Shown here: in pieces, positions 10,457-21,024 of the stretch
Layout of the letters: every line of letters starts with the position of its first letter
Position numbering within the stretch: the first letter of the stretch is position 1
Source: a virus
Taxonomy: Duplodnaviria; Caudoviricetes
Direction: 5' to 3' (one strand)
Virus record (IMG/VR): IMGVR_UViG_2615840613_000003
Coordinates: 1-64,000 of that record
Length of the DNA stretch: 64,000 nt
The notes under the pieces: model-generated
The model's input: only the letters and a program-made list of their open reading frames with translations
What the model was told of the DNA's origin: nothing
Databases searched by the model: none
Made by a program: the position numbers and the translations under genes

Positions 10457-12294
10457 GCAGGACACCCGTAGGAGAAATTCGACCGAGCCAGTTGCTTTGG
10501 ACCTACGGCCCGGGCGCCTTGATCGACCTCCCGAACATGTCGGTGGTCACGATGGGGATCGACCGCTGGGAAAAAGACAGGTGTCAGCCGATACAAGAGG
10601 CACGGTTGCTCGCCAACGTCCGGGGCGTGCTCGGACCCCAAGTCGAATCATTGCGTATGCCGCCCGTGGGCGAGAGGGAAATCGCAGACCCATTTTCGGC
10701 CGCCGCGCTGATCGGCGTGCCCGTCAAGCCCTTCCCGCGGTGGCTGCGCTGCGTGAAATGCGGCCTGCTATCACCCTATGATGCCGGCTTGTTCAAGCTG
10801 AAGGAAAACAGGTATCGCCCGGAGCTGACGCGTTTCGTCCATGAGGGCTGTCGCGGATCGAATAACGATCAAAGGGCCAGGGATGCCGATGCGGTTCCGG
10901 CGCGCTTTCTCATGGCGTGTCGGGCTGGCCACCTGGACGACTTTGCCTGGCACTGGTTCGTTCACGGCGGATCTAGCACCTGTCGTGCGACGCTGAGGTT
11001 CTTCGAGAGCGGCGCATCACTTCAAACCGAGAACCTGTGGGTCAAATGCGATGGCTGCGGCGCATCGAAGAACATGGCGCAGGCTTTTGGTCAGGCAGGT
11101 CGCGACAACCTTCCAGCCTGCCGAGGGCGACATCCACACGTGGATCGCTTCGAGGACGATTGCACCGAGGAACCTCGCGCAATTCTCCTCGGCGCAACCA
11201 ATAGCTGGTTCCCGGTCACACTCTCGGTTCTCGCGATCCCACAGGTGGGAAGCCCTCTGGCGCAACTGGTCGCGGATGGCTGGACGTTCTTTGAAGACGT
11301 CACTTCGGCGGCCGAAGTGGCGTTCGTCGTCAAGACCCTGAAGAAGACGGCGCAGCTGCCTGGCATCGAGCAGTTCACTGACGAGCAGATTTGGTCCGCA
11401 ATCGAAACCCATCGCAATGGCGGACCGGGCGTCGAACAGAGCGACCTCAAAGGGCCGGAATGGGATGTGCTTACGGCCGAGAACCCACCCACTGACTATC
11501 CGCATTTCATGAGCAAGAAGGTGGGCGTGCCCTCGGGCTTCGGTGCGGCGATCACACGCGTTCTGCTGCTGGAGCGGCTTCGTGAGGTGAACGCCCTCCT
11601 TGGATTCACACGAGTCGAGTCTCCTGACGAAGGCACGGGAGATGAGGCAGCCCCACGGGCCCCGCTCGCACGCGCAGCACCGAACTGGGTGCCGGCCACT
11701 CAAGTTCACGGTGAAGGAATTTTCGTTCGCTTCGATGCAGATGCATTGAAGGCTTGGGCGGATAAGGATCCGGTGAAGGCTCTCGACTCTCGGCTACGGC
11801 AGGGCCATCGCGGATGGCGGCAAAAGAGGAACCTGGACCCAAACCAAGGTTACCCGGGCGTTCGTTATGTCATGCTACACACGCTCGCGCACATGCTGAT
11901 ACGGGAACTGGCATTGGAGTGCGGCTACAACGCCGCGAGTATTCGGGAGCGTATATATGCAGACGTCGAGGACGGGAGGGATCAAGCCGGATTTCTCATC
12001 TACACAGCTGCAGCAGATTCCGATGGCACTCTGGGAGGTCTCGTAGAGCTAGGAAAGCCTGAAAATCTTGGGCGACTTCTGCGCCAAGCGCTGGATCGCG
12101 CCCACATATGTGCCTCCGATCCACTCTGCGCAGAACACGATCCGAGCAAGGACCAGTCACTTCACGGGGCAGCATGTCACGCCTGTTCATTCGTCTCGGA
12201 AACATCCTGTGAGCGGGGAAACCGCTATATCGATCGTTCCCTCGTGGTACCCACCCTCGAAAATCCCGATGCAGCATTCTTCGAGACCGTCTGA
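10453..12294 (+). CDS. drmB: DISARM DUF1998 protein DrmB
   Basis: GEIRPSQLLWTYGPGALIDLP N-terminus, LHTLAHMLIRELALECGY, and C-terminal Zn motif CASDPLC...ACHAC...SC. The ATG overlaps the drmA stop. Confidence 0.92.
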   Translation: MSRTPVGEIRPSQLLWTYGPGALIDLPNMSVVTMGIDRWEKDRCQPIQEARLLANVRGVLGPQVESLRMPPVGEREIADPFSAAALIGVPVKPFPRWLRCVKCGLLSPYDAGLFKLKENRYRPELTRFVHEGCRGSNNDQRARDADAVPARFLMACRAGHLDDFAWHWFVHGGSSTCRATLRFFESGASLQTENLWVKCDGCGASKNMAQAFGQAGRDNLPACRGRHPHVDRFEDDCTEEPRAILLGATNSWFPVTLSVLAIPQVGSPLAQLVADGWTFFEDVTSAAEVAFVVKTLKKTAQLPGIEQFTDEQIWSAIETHRNGGPGVEQSDLKGPEWDVLTAENPPTDYPHFMSKKVGVPSGFGAAITRVLLLERLREVNALLGFTRVESPDEGTGDEAAPRAPLARAAPNWVPATQVHGEGIFVRFDADALKAWADKDPVKALDSRLRQGHRGWRQKRNLDPNQGYPGVRYVMLHTLAHMLIRELALECGYNAASIRERIYADVEDGRDQAGFLIYTAAADSDGTLGGLVELGKPENLGRLLRQALDRAHICASDPLCAEHDPSKDQSLHGAACHACSFVSETSCERGNRYIDRSLVVPTLENPDAAFFETV

Positions 12295-13055
12295 TGGAAG
12301 CGATACTGATCGCGGCCACAGACCTCGTGGCCATGTTATCTCCGGCGAGGATCGAAGCGCTCGCCGCTCGTGTCCGCGGCTCGATGCCGGTCGAACGATA
12401 CGGAAGCCTGCATCAGCTCGTGAGCACGCCGGCTGCTCGCGCAGCGCTTGATCGCTTGATCGCCGCCTGGAAACAGACGGAAATATCAGGCGATGTGCTG
12501 GCCGGTATCTTGGTCGGCGCAGCCTTCGCCCGCCAACAGGCGCAGCGCGAGAACAGCGTCGAACTAGTTTGGACGGGCCCGACGACACCATTCGTCGCCA
12601 CCCGCCGCACGGAGCAGGTGCTCTTGGATCTCATCGGTCACGCGCGAAGTGACTTCTTTCTCGTTAGCTTTGTTGCATACGACGTCTCCTCGGTGGTCGA
12701 TGCATTGAATGCTGCATGCGCTCGCGGCATCGACATCCGAATTCTGTTGGAGACCTCCACGAGCCATGGCGGGAGCTTGTCCGTCGATCCTATTGCTACA
12801 ATGCGGCGCTGTGTTCCTTCGGCAGCGCTGTATGTCTGGACCGACCGACCGGCACCGTTCGCCGAAGGACGGGTTCACGCGAAAGTGGCCGTTGCCGACG
12901 GCAATTCAGCCTTCTTGACCAGCGCCAACCTGACTGGGCACGCGCTGGAGAAGAATATGGAGGCCGGCGTCGTGATCAGCGGTGGACACGTCCCCGCAGG
13001 ACTGCGTGCCCATCTTCATGCTCTAATCGAGACGAAGGTCATTCGGAAAATCTAG
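12294..13055 (+). CDS. drmC: DISARM phospholipase D-family nuclease DrmC
   Basis: HKD motif HAKVAVAD plus TSANLT...NMEAG and VELVWTGP. Translationally coupled to drmB. Confidence 0.92.
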   Translation: MEAILIAATDLVAMLSPARIEALAARVRGSMPVERYGSLHQLVSTPAARAALDRLIAAWKQTEISGDVLAGILVGAAFARQQAQRENSVELVWTGPTTPFVATRRTEQVLLDLIGHARSDFFLVSFVAYDVSSVVDALNAACARGIDIRILLETSTSHGGSLSVDPIATMRRCVPSAALYVWTDRPAPFAEGRVHAKVAVADGNSAFLTSANLTGHALEKNMEAGVVISGGHVPAGLRAHLHALIETKVIRKI

Positions 13056-13063
13056 AATCACAC

Positions 13064-13477
13064 TCAGCAAATGCGCGCCTGGTCCCGCATAACGCTGTAG
13101 TCGGCGAGCATTTCGGCGAGAGCCGACCCCTCTGGCAGCAGATCGAGCTCGTCGGCTGCGCGTGCCTGGAACTCGCGGCTATACTCGACAACCGGTGGGC
13201 AGACGGTGGCCACGCGAGGGTCAGAAGCGACCGTCGCGCAGCCGGTCAGCGAGATCGTCACGATCGCGAGGGCGGCGAGCCGCCGCATCGAGCATCCGGC
13301 GATGGAGTCATTGGTCTTCTCCGAGGTTTCGAGGCGTTCCGCCAGCCGTCCCGCACGCTCGCCGGAGCGCCGGAGTGAGAGCGGGAACAGGAACACCGCG
13401 AGTGCGATGGCGCCGTAGCGCAGCGCCGCCCGCATCCATGGGGCGGAGGCGATCCCGTCAACGCCCGTGAGCGCCAC
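13064..13477 (-). pseudogene. Rz/Rz1-like spanin pair fused by an apparent 1-bp deletion
   Basis: N-terminal TM plus coiled segment, then a lipoprotein signal MRRLAALAIVTISLTGC and CPPVVEY. The alternative frame carries HRRMLDAAARRPRDRDDLADRLRDGRF*. Confidence 0.55.
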
Positions 13478-13600
13478 GGCGATGCCCTCCGGCGCAGGGT
13501 GTCGAGATTAGGGTACGAGCGGCAGGATGACGGATCGGGTCTCGGCTAAGGCGAACCCCTGGTCGGATCGGGGGGCGTCTTCGACATCTCCTACCGCCGC

Positions 13601-14677
13601 TCACCCCACCTTCACGCCCCAGAAGGACGTGTGATCGGCAGCGAAATACCCATCCGCCATTCGGAATGCGCCCTGTAGCTCGACGGTGTCGCCTTGCTCA
13701 AGCGGCGCCATGGTCTGCAGCCACAGCGCCGTCGCCTCGGAGGCGTGCGCGCCGGATATCTCGCCGAACGATCCTCGGATCTCGGTCGAGCCGTTCAGCA
13801 CCAGCCGCCCGCGCATGCGCGCCGTGGTGCTGGCATTGACCTTGTAGAGCAGTGTCGCGCCGAAGAGGTAGGTGCCGGCCACGGGTGCCACAAAGCGGTT
13901 GTTGCCGGCATCGAACGCGCCCTGGTCGTTGTAGTCGGTATTGTTGATTCCGATCTTCGTCCAGGTGTCGATGCCGACATAGTTGTCGTAGTTGGTATAG
14001 CCCTTGAAGCGCGGCAGCCTAGGCTGGTCGACGATGCCGGTGGCGTTGTCGACGATCAGCCCATTGAAGAAGGTGCTGCCGTCGGCCGAGACTGCGAGCC
14101 GGAACCTGTCCGAACCGAAGAGGCCCATCAACGCCTTGGTGACATAGGCGGTCTGGAGGGTAAGCCCGAGATCGCGGCCCGCAGCCTCCTTGTTCATGGT
14201 GTAGAACAGATCGCCGGTGCCACCCTCGGCCGCGGTCTTCGCCGTCCAGAGCGCGGCATTGAGCTTGGCTGAGAACGGATTGGCCGCATCGGCGGTCGTG
14301 CCGATGCCGAGCAGCGCCATGTTCTGCAACTCGCCGGGTGTCGCGCCGATCCAGACGGAGCCATCATAGACCAGCAGCAGGCCCTCGTCCTCGACCCATG
14401 CCCGCCAGCCGGTCCGTGGCGGAAGGCGAAGCCAGGCACCGTCGGTCCAGAGCGCGACGTTCAGATCCCAGCTCGCCCACGCCCCCGTGGCGCCCGACGC
14501 CACGATGTAGCGGTCACCATCAGCGGGGCTGCCGGGCGGGGCGGTCAGATCCCGATCGCGGACCGAGAGCTGGACGAGCCCGTCGAGCAGCCGCAGCGCC
14601 TCGTTGTGGGTGACATGCTTCTGGGCCTGCGCCGCGAGAATGTAGGGCAGCAGCAGATGGGTTGTGGCATCGGACAT
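13601..14677 (-). CDS. DUF2793 tail fibre/receptor-binding protein with C1q-like C-terminal domain
   Basis: MSDATTHLLLPYILAAQAQKHVTHNEAL...PPGSPADGDRYIV; C-terminal FDAGNNRFVAPVAGTYLF. Follows the megatron gene. Confidence 0.8.
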   Translation of the reverse strand: MSDATTHLLLPYILAAQAQKHVTHNEALRLLDGLVQLSVRDRDLTAPPGSPADGDRYIVASGATGAWASWDLNVALWTDGAWLRLPPRTGWRAWVEDEGLLLVYDGSVWIGATPGELQNMALLGIGTTADAANPFSAKLNAALWTAKTAAEGGTGDLFYTMNKEAAGRDLGLTLQTAYVTKALMGLFGSDRFRLAVSADGSTFFNGLIVDNATGIVDQPRLPRFKGYTNYDNYVGIDTWTKIGINNTDYNDQGAFDAGNNRFVAPVAGTYLFGATLLYKVNASTTARMRGRLVLNGSTEIRGSFGEISGAHASEATALWLQTMAPLEQGDTVELQGAFRMADGYFAADHTSFWGVKVG

Positions 14678-14685
14678 TGGAGTTC

Positions 14686-17600
14686 TCAGAAGCTGAGGGT
14701 GACAGTCTTGGGCGCGCCCCGCCCGATCAGAGCGGAGAGCTGGAAGATGCGGATATCGAGGCTGTTGCCGGGGCCGAGCAGAGCGCCCCAGTCGGCGGAC
14801 TGATCGGCGGCGGTGTAGACCACGCTGGTCGTGGCCGTACTCAGCACCCGCTTGACCGCCGGGCCGTCGAGGATCTCGACTTCGTAGGCTTCGACCTCCT
14901 CGGCGACTGGCACCTCGCCGGTGCCCCAGTTGTCGGCCGCGAGCGCGCGGGATCGTCGTGCCCAGCGGATCGTCAGATCGCCCGGCGATCGGGGCCTGCG
15001 CCATGGCTGCTCGACATGGGCGACCGAGAACGGCCGGAGTCCCACGCCCTCGGGCGTGAAGCTCGTGGCAATATAGGTTTCGTCGCTGACCGGACGGCTT
15101 GCAGGGCCGATGCGCCAGTTCCAGGGAAGCCCGAGATCGGCTTCGGCGATCGGCAGCGATGCGAGGCTCTCGTCCACCACCACCACCCGCGCGCCACCGG
15201 GCGCCGGATTGCCCATGGCGCCTTCCGTTCCGCGCTGCCCGCGCAGGAGCCGGGTCAGACGATAGCGCCCCGGTGCGATTAGTTCGGCCGCCCCCGCCTG
15301 CACGACTTCCCAGATGCCTGGTGTGCTCTCGACGGCGAGAGCATTGGCGCCGCCGAACAGCGCCAGATCCGTGACGCTCTCCAGCGTGCCCGAAAGCAGG
15401 TCTACCACCAGCACGTTGCCGAGATCGAAGCGTGAGGTCGGTCCCGGCCAGAAATCCGAAACCAGGACGCCGATCCGTGCCCGACCGCCGAAGGTGGTCA
15501 GCAGCTCGAAGCCATCGGACGAGCCGCTGCGGAACACCGCCATCTCGCCGGGCCATGGAACGGCATGGGCTGCGACGAAGGGGCGATGAGCAGGCTGATC
15601 CTCACTCAGTTGCGGCAGGTCCATCAATATCGCGTCGGGCGCGCCGAATACGACCGGGCGCGTCAGCGAGGCGGCACGCGGATCGCCCGGCGGCAGATCG
15701 TAGGTCGCGCGGTCCTGGCGGATCGCCTCCACTCTGCGCGCCTCGGCATCTGCGACGGAGACGAGACGGAACTCGATCTCCCGCCCGTCATGGGCGAGCC
15801 GGATCACGTCGGCGGGATCGAGAGCCAGCCGCGAGGGTGGAAGGCGGAAGGCTGCGCTTTCGCGCCCGGTCCAGGCCTCGAGCAGGGCACGACGGCAACG
15901 CCGTTCCGCCTCTTCCGGCGGAACCGCCATCGGGAAACTCTCGGAGGCGATCCGCGTCGTGTCCACGGTGATGCGCCGCGCCTCCACGAGGGCCGCGTCG
16001 TAGTCCTCGTCGGCGCGGGCGACCTGCCACTTCAGCGCCTGCGGTAGCTCGGTTTCCTGGCTGCGGGTCAGTTCCAGCACGTCACCCTCGCGGGTAGCTA
16101 CGAGGTGATCGGGGTCGATGGTCAAGACCGACGCCCGGCCACGCATCACGAAACGAATGATCCCTTCGGTCTCCACGGCGTCGAAACCAAAATGCCGCGA
16201 CAGCGTGGTGATGGAGGCGCGTGGGCTTTCCAGTGCGCCGATGACATATCCCTCGACCGCGCCCCAGAGCCCGGAGACATCAATCCGATCCTCGGGCATG
16301 CCTGCCCGCAGGCAGAGGTGCCGCACGAGGGCGGCCAGCGAGACCGCGCCAAGGCGTCCGGTCAGCCAGTGGCCGAGCCGCCAGTTCGGACCGTCGGTCC
16401 AGATGCCGGTCAGTTCCGGGAAGAACGGATAGGGCCGTGCATCCCAGGTCCAGGCAGCGCATTCAGGGATATGAACCATCCGGCCGCCATAGACTGGGGA
16501 CACCGGATTGTTCGCAGCCTCGCCCCACCAGAGATAGCTCGCCTCGAGGTAGGCGCGCTGGATCGCATCGTCGCGCCAGCCCCGCGAGAAATGTGGCGTG
16601 AAGCTCTCGGAGGACTTCGGATCGAAGAAGACGTTGGGCTGGTTGGTGCCACGATCGATGGCGGGGCAGCCGAGTTCGGTGAACCGGATCGGCTTCGACT
16701 GCGGGACCCATGCCGTCGGCGTCGCGCTCTCCACCCCGCCCGGGCGGTTGTAATGCTGGTTCGACCACCAGGCGCGCAGATCCTTGTAGCGGAAGACCCA
16801 CGGCTTTCCCGCTGCACCATCGGTGATCGGCGTTCGCACCTGAGCCGACCGATCGGCGGCGCTGGCGTAGAACCAGTCGAAGCCTTCGCCACCCGCGATG
16901 TTCGCCTGCAGATACGCCCGATCGTAGATCGCGGGCCAGCTATCGGCGGCGTCGAGATGGTCGAACCCGTCCCGCCAGTCCGACAGCGGCATGTAGTTGT
17001 CGATCCCGACAAAATCGATCTCCGGATCGGCCCAGAGCGGATCGAGGTGGAAGAACACGTCGCCGCTGCCATCGCTCGGCTGGTGCCCGAAATATTCCGA
17101 CCAGTCGGCAGCGTAGCCGATCTTCGTTCCAGTGCCCAGAATGGACCGGACATCAGCTGCCAGATCCCGATAGGCCTGCACGGCCGGATAGGTGGATACG
17201 CCTGAGCGGATGGTGGTGAGCCCCGGCATTTCCGAGCCGATCAGGAAGGCATCGACCCCGCCTGCCGCTGCACAAAGATGCGCGTAATGCAGGATCATGC
17301 GGCGGAAGCCCCACTCGCCGGCCGGACCGTTCCACGAAACATTCGTGCCCGATACGACGAAATGCGACGGCTGCGCGTTGCCGAAGAAGGCGTTGACCTG
17401 AGCGGCGGCGGCGGCCGTCTTGTCCACGGTTCCAGAAAAGCCCGCCGCGGGGGAACAGGTGATTCGCCCCCGCCAGGGGAATGTGGGCTGCCCCGTCTCC
17501 GCAGCATTGTCGGAATACGGGTTCGGCAGCGCGTTGCCGGGCGGCACGTCCATGAGAATGAACGGATAGAAGGTGACGCGCAGCCCGCGCGCCTTCATCT

Positions 17601-18651
17601 CCCGGATGGCCTGCACGACGGCGAAGTCGGACGGCGTGCCGCCATAGACCGGGCGATCCTGATCGTCGCGGCTGACGAGGAAGGCATTGGCGCGGCTGAC
17701 GCCGTTGACCGACCAGGACAGAGGCGTGGTCGACTTGGCGGACACTTCGACGCCGGGCCGCACCTTGCAGGATCCCGCGCGCAGATCGTCGCCGAACCAG
17801 GCGACGACGAGGCTCACGCTCTCGACCGCCGGGACCATGGCCTGCAGCCGGTCGAGCGCCACCACGATGTCGGTGGCATCCGGCAGCGCGTTCAGGTTTT
17901 CGGGTTGTGTCGCACCGCCTGCGGATTTGCAGATGGCCTGCGTGGCATAGGTGAACTCACCCGAGGCCGGGATTATGGTGACGGCGCGGGTCAGTCCTTC
18001 GGCCGTGTCGGGATCGGCGAGCGGCCGGAACACCTCGAAGGAAAGCTGCGGCAGGCGGTTGCCGTAGCTGGAGAGCGGCAGTTCCTCGAAGACGACATAG
18101 GCCGTGCCGCGATAGGCGGGCGTGCTCAAAGCGCCCATCTTCGCCGCGATGAAGGGATCGGCAGTCTGCACCTCGTCGCCCGGATACCAGCGCCAGGTGA
18201 CCCCGGAGAGGTCCATCGGCTTGCCGTCGGCCCAGATGCGGCCGATGCCGGTGATCGGCCCGTCGCAGAGCGCGACCGCGAAGCTCGCATAGTAGAGATA
18301 TTCCGTGGTCCTGACCTTGCCGCCGCCGCCACCCTTGCCGCCGCCTTGCGTGGTGGTCCTGGTCTCCTCGCGGAAATCGGTCGCCCAGATGATGTTGCCG
18401 CCCATGCGCATGCGGCCATAGAGGCGCGGGATGACGGCGCCCTCCGTCGAGGAGGTGATGCGCAGCGTGTCGAGACGCGCGCCCTCGATACGCTGGGTGG
18501 GCGCGAGCGACGAAATGATCCAGCTGTCGACGACCGAACCGATGCTGGAGCCGATGAAGCCGCCGATGGTCGCGGCGCTGACACCGAGGATCGCACCGCC
18601 GATGGAACCGCCGATGGCGGCGCCGGCGACGCCGAGCACGAGAGTGGCCAC
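14686..18651 (-). CDS. GTA-like baseplate multidomain protein (megatron; TIM-barrel plus phage tail domain)
   Basis: 1321 aa with GGGKGGGG, YAADWSEY, GIDNYMPLSDWRDG, FTELGCPAIDRGTNQPNVF and WTWDARPYP, as in RcGTA g15 homologues. Confidence 0.88.
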   Translation of the reverse strand: MATLVLGVAGAAIGGSIGGAILGVSAATIGGFIGSSIGSVVDSWIISSLAPTQRIEGARLDTLRITSSTEGAVIPRLYGRMRMGGNIIWATDFREETRTTTQGGGKGGGGGKVRTTEYLYYASFAVALCDGPITGIGRIWADGKPMDLSGVTWRWYPGDEVQTADPFIAAKMGALSTPAYRGTAYVVFEELPLSSYGNRLPQLSFEVFRPLADPDTAEGLTRAVTIIPASGEFTYATQAICKSAGGATQPENLNALPDATDIVVALDRLQAMVPAVESVSLVVAWFGDDLRAGSCKVRPGVEVSAKSTTPLSWSVNGVSRANAFLVSRDDQDRPVYGGTPSDFAVVQAIREMKARGLRVTFYPFILMDVPPGNALPNPYSDNAAETGQPTFPWRGRITCSPAAGFSGTVDKTAAAAAQVNAFFGNAQPSHFVVSGTNVSWNGPAGEWGFRRMILHYAHLCAAAGGVDAFLIGSEMPGLTTIRSGVSTYPAVQAYRDLAADVRSILGTGTKIGYAADWSEYFGHQPSDGSGDVFFHLDPLWADPEIDFVGIDNYMPLSDWRDGFDHLDAADSWPAIYDRAYLQANIAGGEGFDWFYASAADRSAQVRTPITDGAAGKPWVFRYKDLRAWWSNQHYNRPGGVESATPTAWVPQSKPIRFTELGCPAIDRGTNQPNVFFDPKSSESFTPHFSRGWRDDAIQRAYLEASYLWWGEAANNPVSPVYGGRMVHIPECAAWTWDARPYPFFPELTGIWTDGPNWRLGHWLTGRLGAVSLAALVRHLCLRAGMPEDRIDVSGLWGAVEGYVIGALESPRASITTLSRHFGFDAVETEGIIRFVMRGRASVLTIDPDHLVATREGDVLELTRSQETELPQALKWQVARADEDYDAALVEARRITVDTTRIASESFPMAVPPEEAERRCRRALLEAWTGRESAAFRLPPSRLALDPADVIRLAHDGREIEFRLVSVADAEARRVEAIRQDRATYDLPPGDPRAASLTRPVVFGAPDAILMDLPQLSEDQPAHRPFVAAHAVPWPGEMAVFRSGSSDGFELLTTFGGRARIGVLVSDFWPGPTSRFDLGNVLVVDLLSGTLESVTDLALFGGANALAVESTPGIWEVVQAGAAELIAPGRYRLTRLLRGQRGTEGAMGNPAPGGARVVVVDESLASLPIAEADLGLPWNWRIGPASRPVSDETYIATSFTPEGVGLRPFSVAHVEQPWRRPRSPGDLTIRWARRSRALAADNWGTGEVPVAEEVEAYEVEILDGPAVKRVLSTATTSVVYTAADQSADWGALLGPGNSLDIRIFQLSALIGRGAPKTVTLSF

Positions 18652-18653
18652 TG

Positions 18654-19130
18654 TCAGGACTTCCTTTTGCGCCGCGCCTGCTTGCGTACGGAGGCGGACG
18701 GACGGGGAAACAGGAAAGCGAAGGCGATGCGCCGCCGCCAGACGGAGGAGAGCGGCTCCTCGATGACGCCGAGCCGCTCATAGGCGTGGATGAAGCTGCC
18801 GGGGTCGGTGATGATCCCGGCATGCTTGGCGATGGCGCGGGGCTTCATGCGGAAGAGGACCAGCGCGCCGGCTGCGGCCGCCGCAGGGTCCACTTCGATC
18901 ATCATGCGCCGTACGCCTTCGGCCAGCACCTCGCGCGGGCCGGTTTCGCCCCAGTCGCGGCTGTAGGGCGGGATCGGGAACGGCTCGGGGCCGACCACCT
19001 CGCGCCAGACGCCACGGGCGAGCCCGAGGCAGTCGCAGCCCACGCGGCGCAGGCTGGCCTGGTCGTGATAGGGCGTGCCGAGCCAGGACCGCGCCGCCGC
19101 GATCACTGCGTTCGGATCGGCGGCTCTCAC
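18654..19130 (-). CDS. NlpC/P60 phage cell-wall peptidase (RcGTA g14-like)
   Basis: ARSWLGTPYHDQAS...GCDCLGLARGVWR...KHAGI. Confidence 0.9.
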   Translation of the reverse strand: MRAADPNAVIAAARSWLGTPYHDQASLRRVGCDCLGLARGVWREVVGPEPFPIPPYSRDWGETGPREVLAEGVRRMMIEVDPAAAAAGALVLFRMKPRAIAKHAGIITDPGSFIHAYERLGVIEEPLSSVWRRRIAFAFLFPRPSASVRKQARRKRKS

Positions 19131-20011
19131 AGCACGCTCCCGTCGTGCCCGCCGTCCTTCGTCGCGTAACGGAGAACGGCATCCTGGCCGGGGATATGCG
19201 GGAAGCCCCGGAAGTTGGCGACATTGGCGAACTTCGTGCCACAGGTCTCAATGCGCTTGTCGCAGCCCGCGCGAACGACGAAACCGTCACCCCCGGTGAT
19301 GGACCGCACCGGCGCTTCGAGCAGCGTCAGCACGGCGACGCCGTCGGTCAGGTCATGCGCGACGATCTCTGCCCGCCGCCCGGCATTGGCGCCGCTGGTC
19401 CATTCGACCGTGCCGAAGGTGAACCAGCCCGCGGCAAAGCCGCCGAGGCCGGAAGCCGTGAACGTCCGGTCACGCAGGAGGTCGATGACGGAGCCCGTTC
19501 CCCTGAAGGCCGATGCGTCCAGATCGACACTGCAGCGGGCATCGCCGAGCGCAGCGTCGCAAGTGGCCTGGAACGTCCGGCCGACCGTCTGTCCAAGGAC
19601 ATGCGCGAGCGAACGGACCTCCGCCACGAAGGCCAGCCGTCCGCGCCGGATCTGGCCGATGGCGCCGCGACGCATCAGCACGCGCTGCGCCGGATCGTTC
19701 CAGTTCACCCGCCACACCTCGACTTCGGCATTGTCCCAGCGGCCGTCGAGAATGTCGGTCTCGGTGATCCGGTCGGAGGTCAGCACGCCCTCGGCATCCT
19801 GCGCGTCGACGGAGAGATCGGATCCCGAACGGACCTCCGATGCCGTCAGCCCGCTCTCAGGCTCGAAATCGGTGTTGTCGAAGCTGAGCGTCCGGTCGTG
19901 GTCGGTGAAGCCAAAGGTTGCGCCATCCGCGCGCACGATCCGCCAGCACCAGGCAAGCGTCGTCGTGCCTTCGTCGAGATGGGCCTGAAACGCGGGCGAG
20001 AGAGACTTCAC
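19127..20011 (-). CDS. DUF2163 baseplate hub protein (RcGTA g13-like)
   Basis: FGFTDHDRTL, CDAALGDARC and AGCDKRIETCGTKFANVANFRGFPHIPG. Confidence 0.9.
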   Translation of the reverse strand: MKSLSPAFQAHLDEGTTTLAWCWRIVRADGATFGFTDHDRTLSFDNTDFEPESGLTASEVRSGSDLSVDAQDAEGVLTSDRITETDILDGRWDNAEVEVWRVNWNDPAQRVLMRRGAIGQIRRGRLAFVAEVRSLAHVLGQTVGRTFQATCDAALGDARCSVDLDASAFRGTGSVIDLLRDRTFTASGLGGFAAGWFTFGTVEWTSGANAGRRAEIVAHDLTDGVAVLTLLEAPVRSITGGDGFVVRAGCDKRIETCGTKFANVANFRGFPHIPGQDAVLRYATKDGGHDGSVL

Positions 20012-20217
20012 TTCCGCCCCCAGCCGCGCAGGAGCGCCACGGATGCCAGAAGCGAAGACACCACGCCACCAGTCGCACCGGTCAGGGCATAGAGATTGAA
20101 GGGCCGGATATCGAGGGTGCCGGTGGCGAGGTCGAAATCCGCCAGCCCGGCCATGGCGAGGCCGGAAGCGGCAAGGCAGGCCAGATAGACGAGGCCGCGG
20201 GCAAGGTTCCAGTTCAT
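20008..20217 (-). CDS. Small two-TM membrane protein (lysis-associated, holin-like)
   Basis: Two hydrophobic segments and a basic C-terminus; overlaps the endolysin stop. Confidence 0.5.
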   Translation of the reverse strand: MNWNLARGLVYLACLAASGLAMAGLADFDLATGTLDIRPFNLYALTGATGGVVSSLLASVALLRGWGRK

Positions 20218-20888
20218 GGACGTCCTCTGATCAGAGTGGCGAGGAATGCAGTGAGGCGAGACAGCAGCGTGGGCACCGCTGGCACGGCCGGGACCGGCGT
20301 GAGGGGAACAGCCGTCGGACTCGGAGCCGCCTCCGGGCGCAGCAGCGCCAGTGCCTCGTCCTCGGTCAGCCGTCGGATGGGTCGCGAGAAATCGACCCGG
20401 CCATTGCGGTCGACCGCCCAGACCGGGATGGTCCCGGTGGGGTAACGGCCATGGCGGAAGAGGTCGCGCTCGGCCTCGCGCCGGGGGCGGATCGCGACGG
20501 GTTTGAGCCAGCCCGTGAAGGCCTCGGCCGCCGCCACGCGGTTGCCCGCGTTCAGGTGCCGCGTCAGCGCGGCTCTCGCGATGCCGCCGGTGTTGTAGTG
20601 GAAGCTGACCAGCGCATCGAATTCGTGCGGCTCGAGCGGCATGGTCACGGCACGTCGCACCGCCGCCTCATAGGCCGCCAGATCAGTCCGGAATACCCTG
20701 AACGCTTCCCGGATACCGGCATCAAGATCGGCGGGCATGCCACGAGGCATCCGAGCCGGATCGGGAGACCCGGCTGCGGCGGTGTGGCCGATACCGAAAG
20801 TCCAGACCTGTTTCACATCGAGATAGGGTCCGGGCACGATGCCTTCGTGCCGGACGAGGGCCAGCAGGCCCCGTTCGGTCGTGTGCAT
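20214..20888 (-). CDS. Endolysin, GH24 lysozyme family
   Basis: HEG...YLD...WTFGIGHT (E-x8-D-x5-T), FDALVSFHYNTG and RREAERDLF. Confidence 0.88.
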   Translation of the reverse strand: MHTTERGLLALVRHEGIVPGPYLDVKQVWTFGIGHTAAAGSPDPARMPRGMPADLDAGIREAFRVFRTDLAAYEAAVRRAVTMPLEPHEFDALVSFHYNTGGIARAALTRHLNAGNRVAAAEAFTGWLKPVAIRPRREAERDLFRHGRYPTGTIPVWAVDRNGRVDFSRPIRRLTEDEALALLRPEAAPSPTAVPLTPVPAVPAVPTLLSRLTAFLATLIRGRP

Positions 20889-20892
20889 GGGA

Positions 20893-21024
20893 TCACCCCA
20901 GAAGCGATAGGGTCAGAATGAGAGCTGCAACGGCGATGCCGATGCGCAGGCGGTGGGCGAAAGCCTGACGCGGGGCGATGGGGTCGCAGCGAATGAAGCG
21001 CGCGAGGCGGAGAAGCTCATTCAT
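20893..21024 (-). CDS. Small membrane protein
   Basis: MNELLRLAR... with a C-terminal TM, tightly packed between the holin-like gene and the lysin. Confidence 0.45.
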   Translation of the reverse strand: MNELLRLARFIRCDPIAPRQAFAHRLRIGIAVAALILTLSLLG

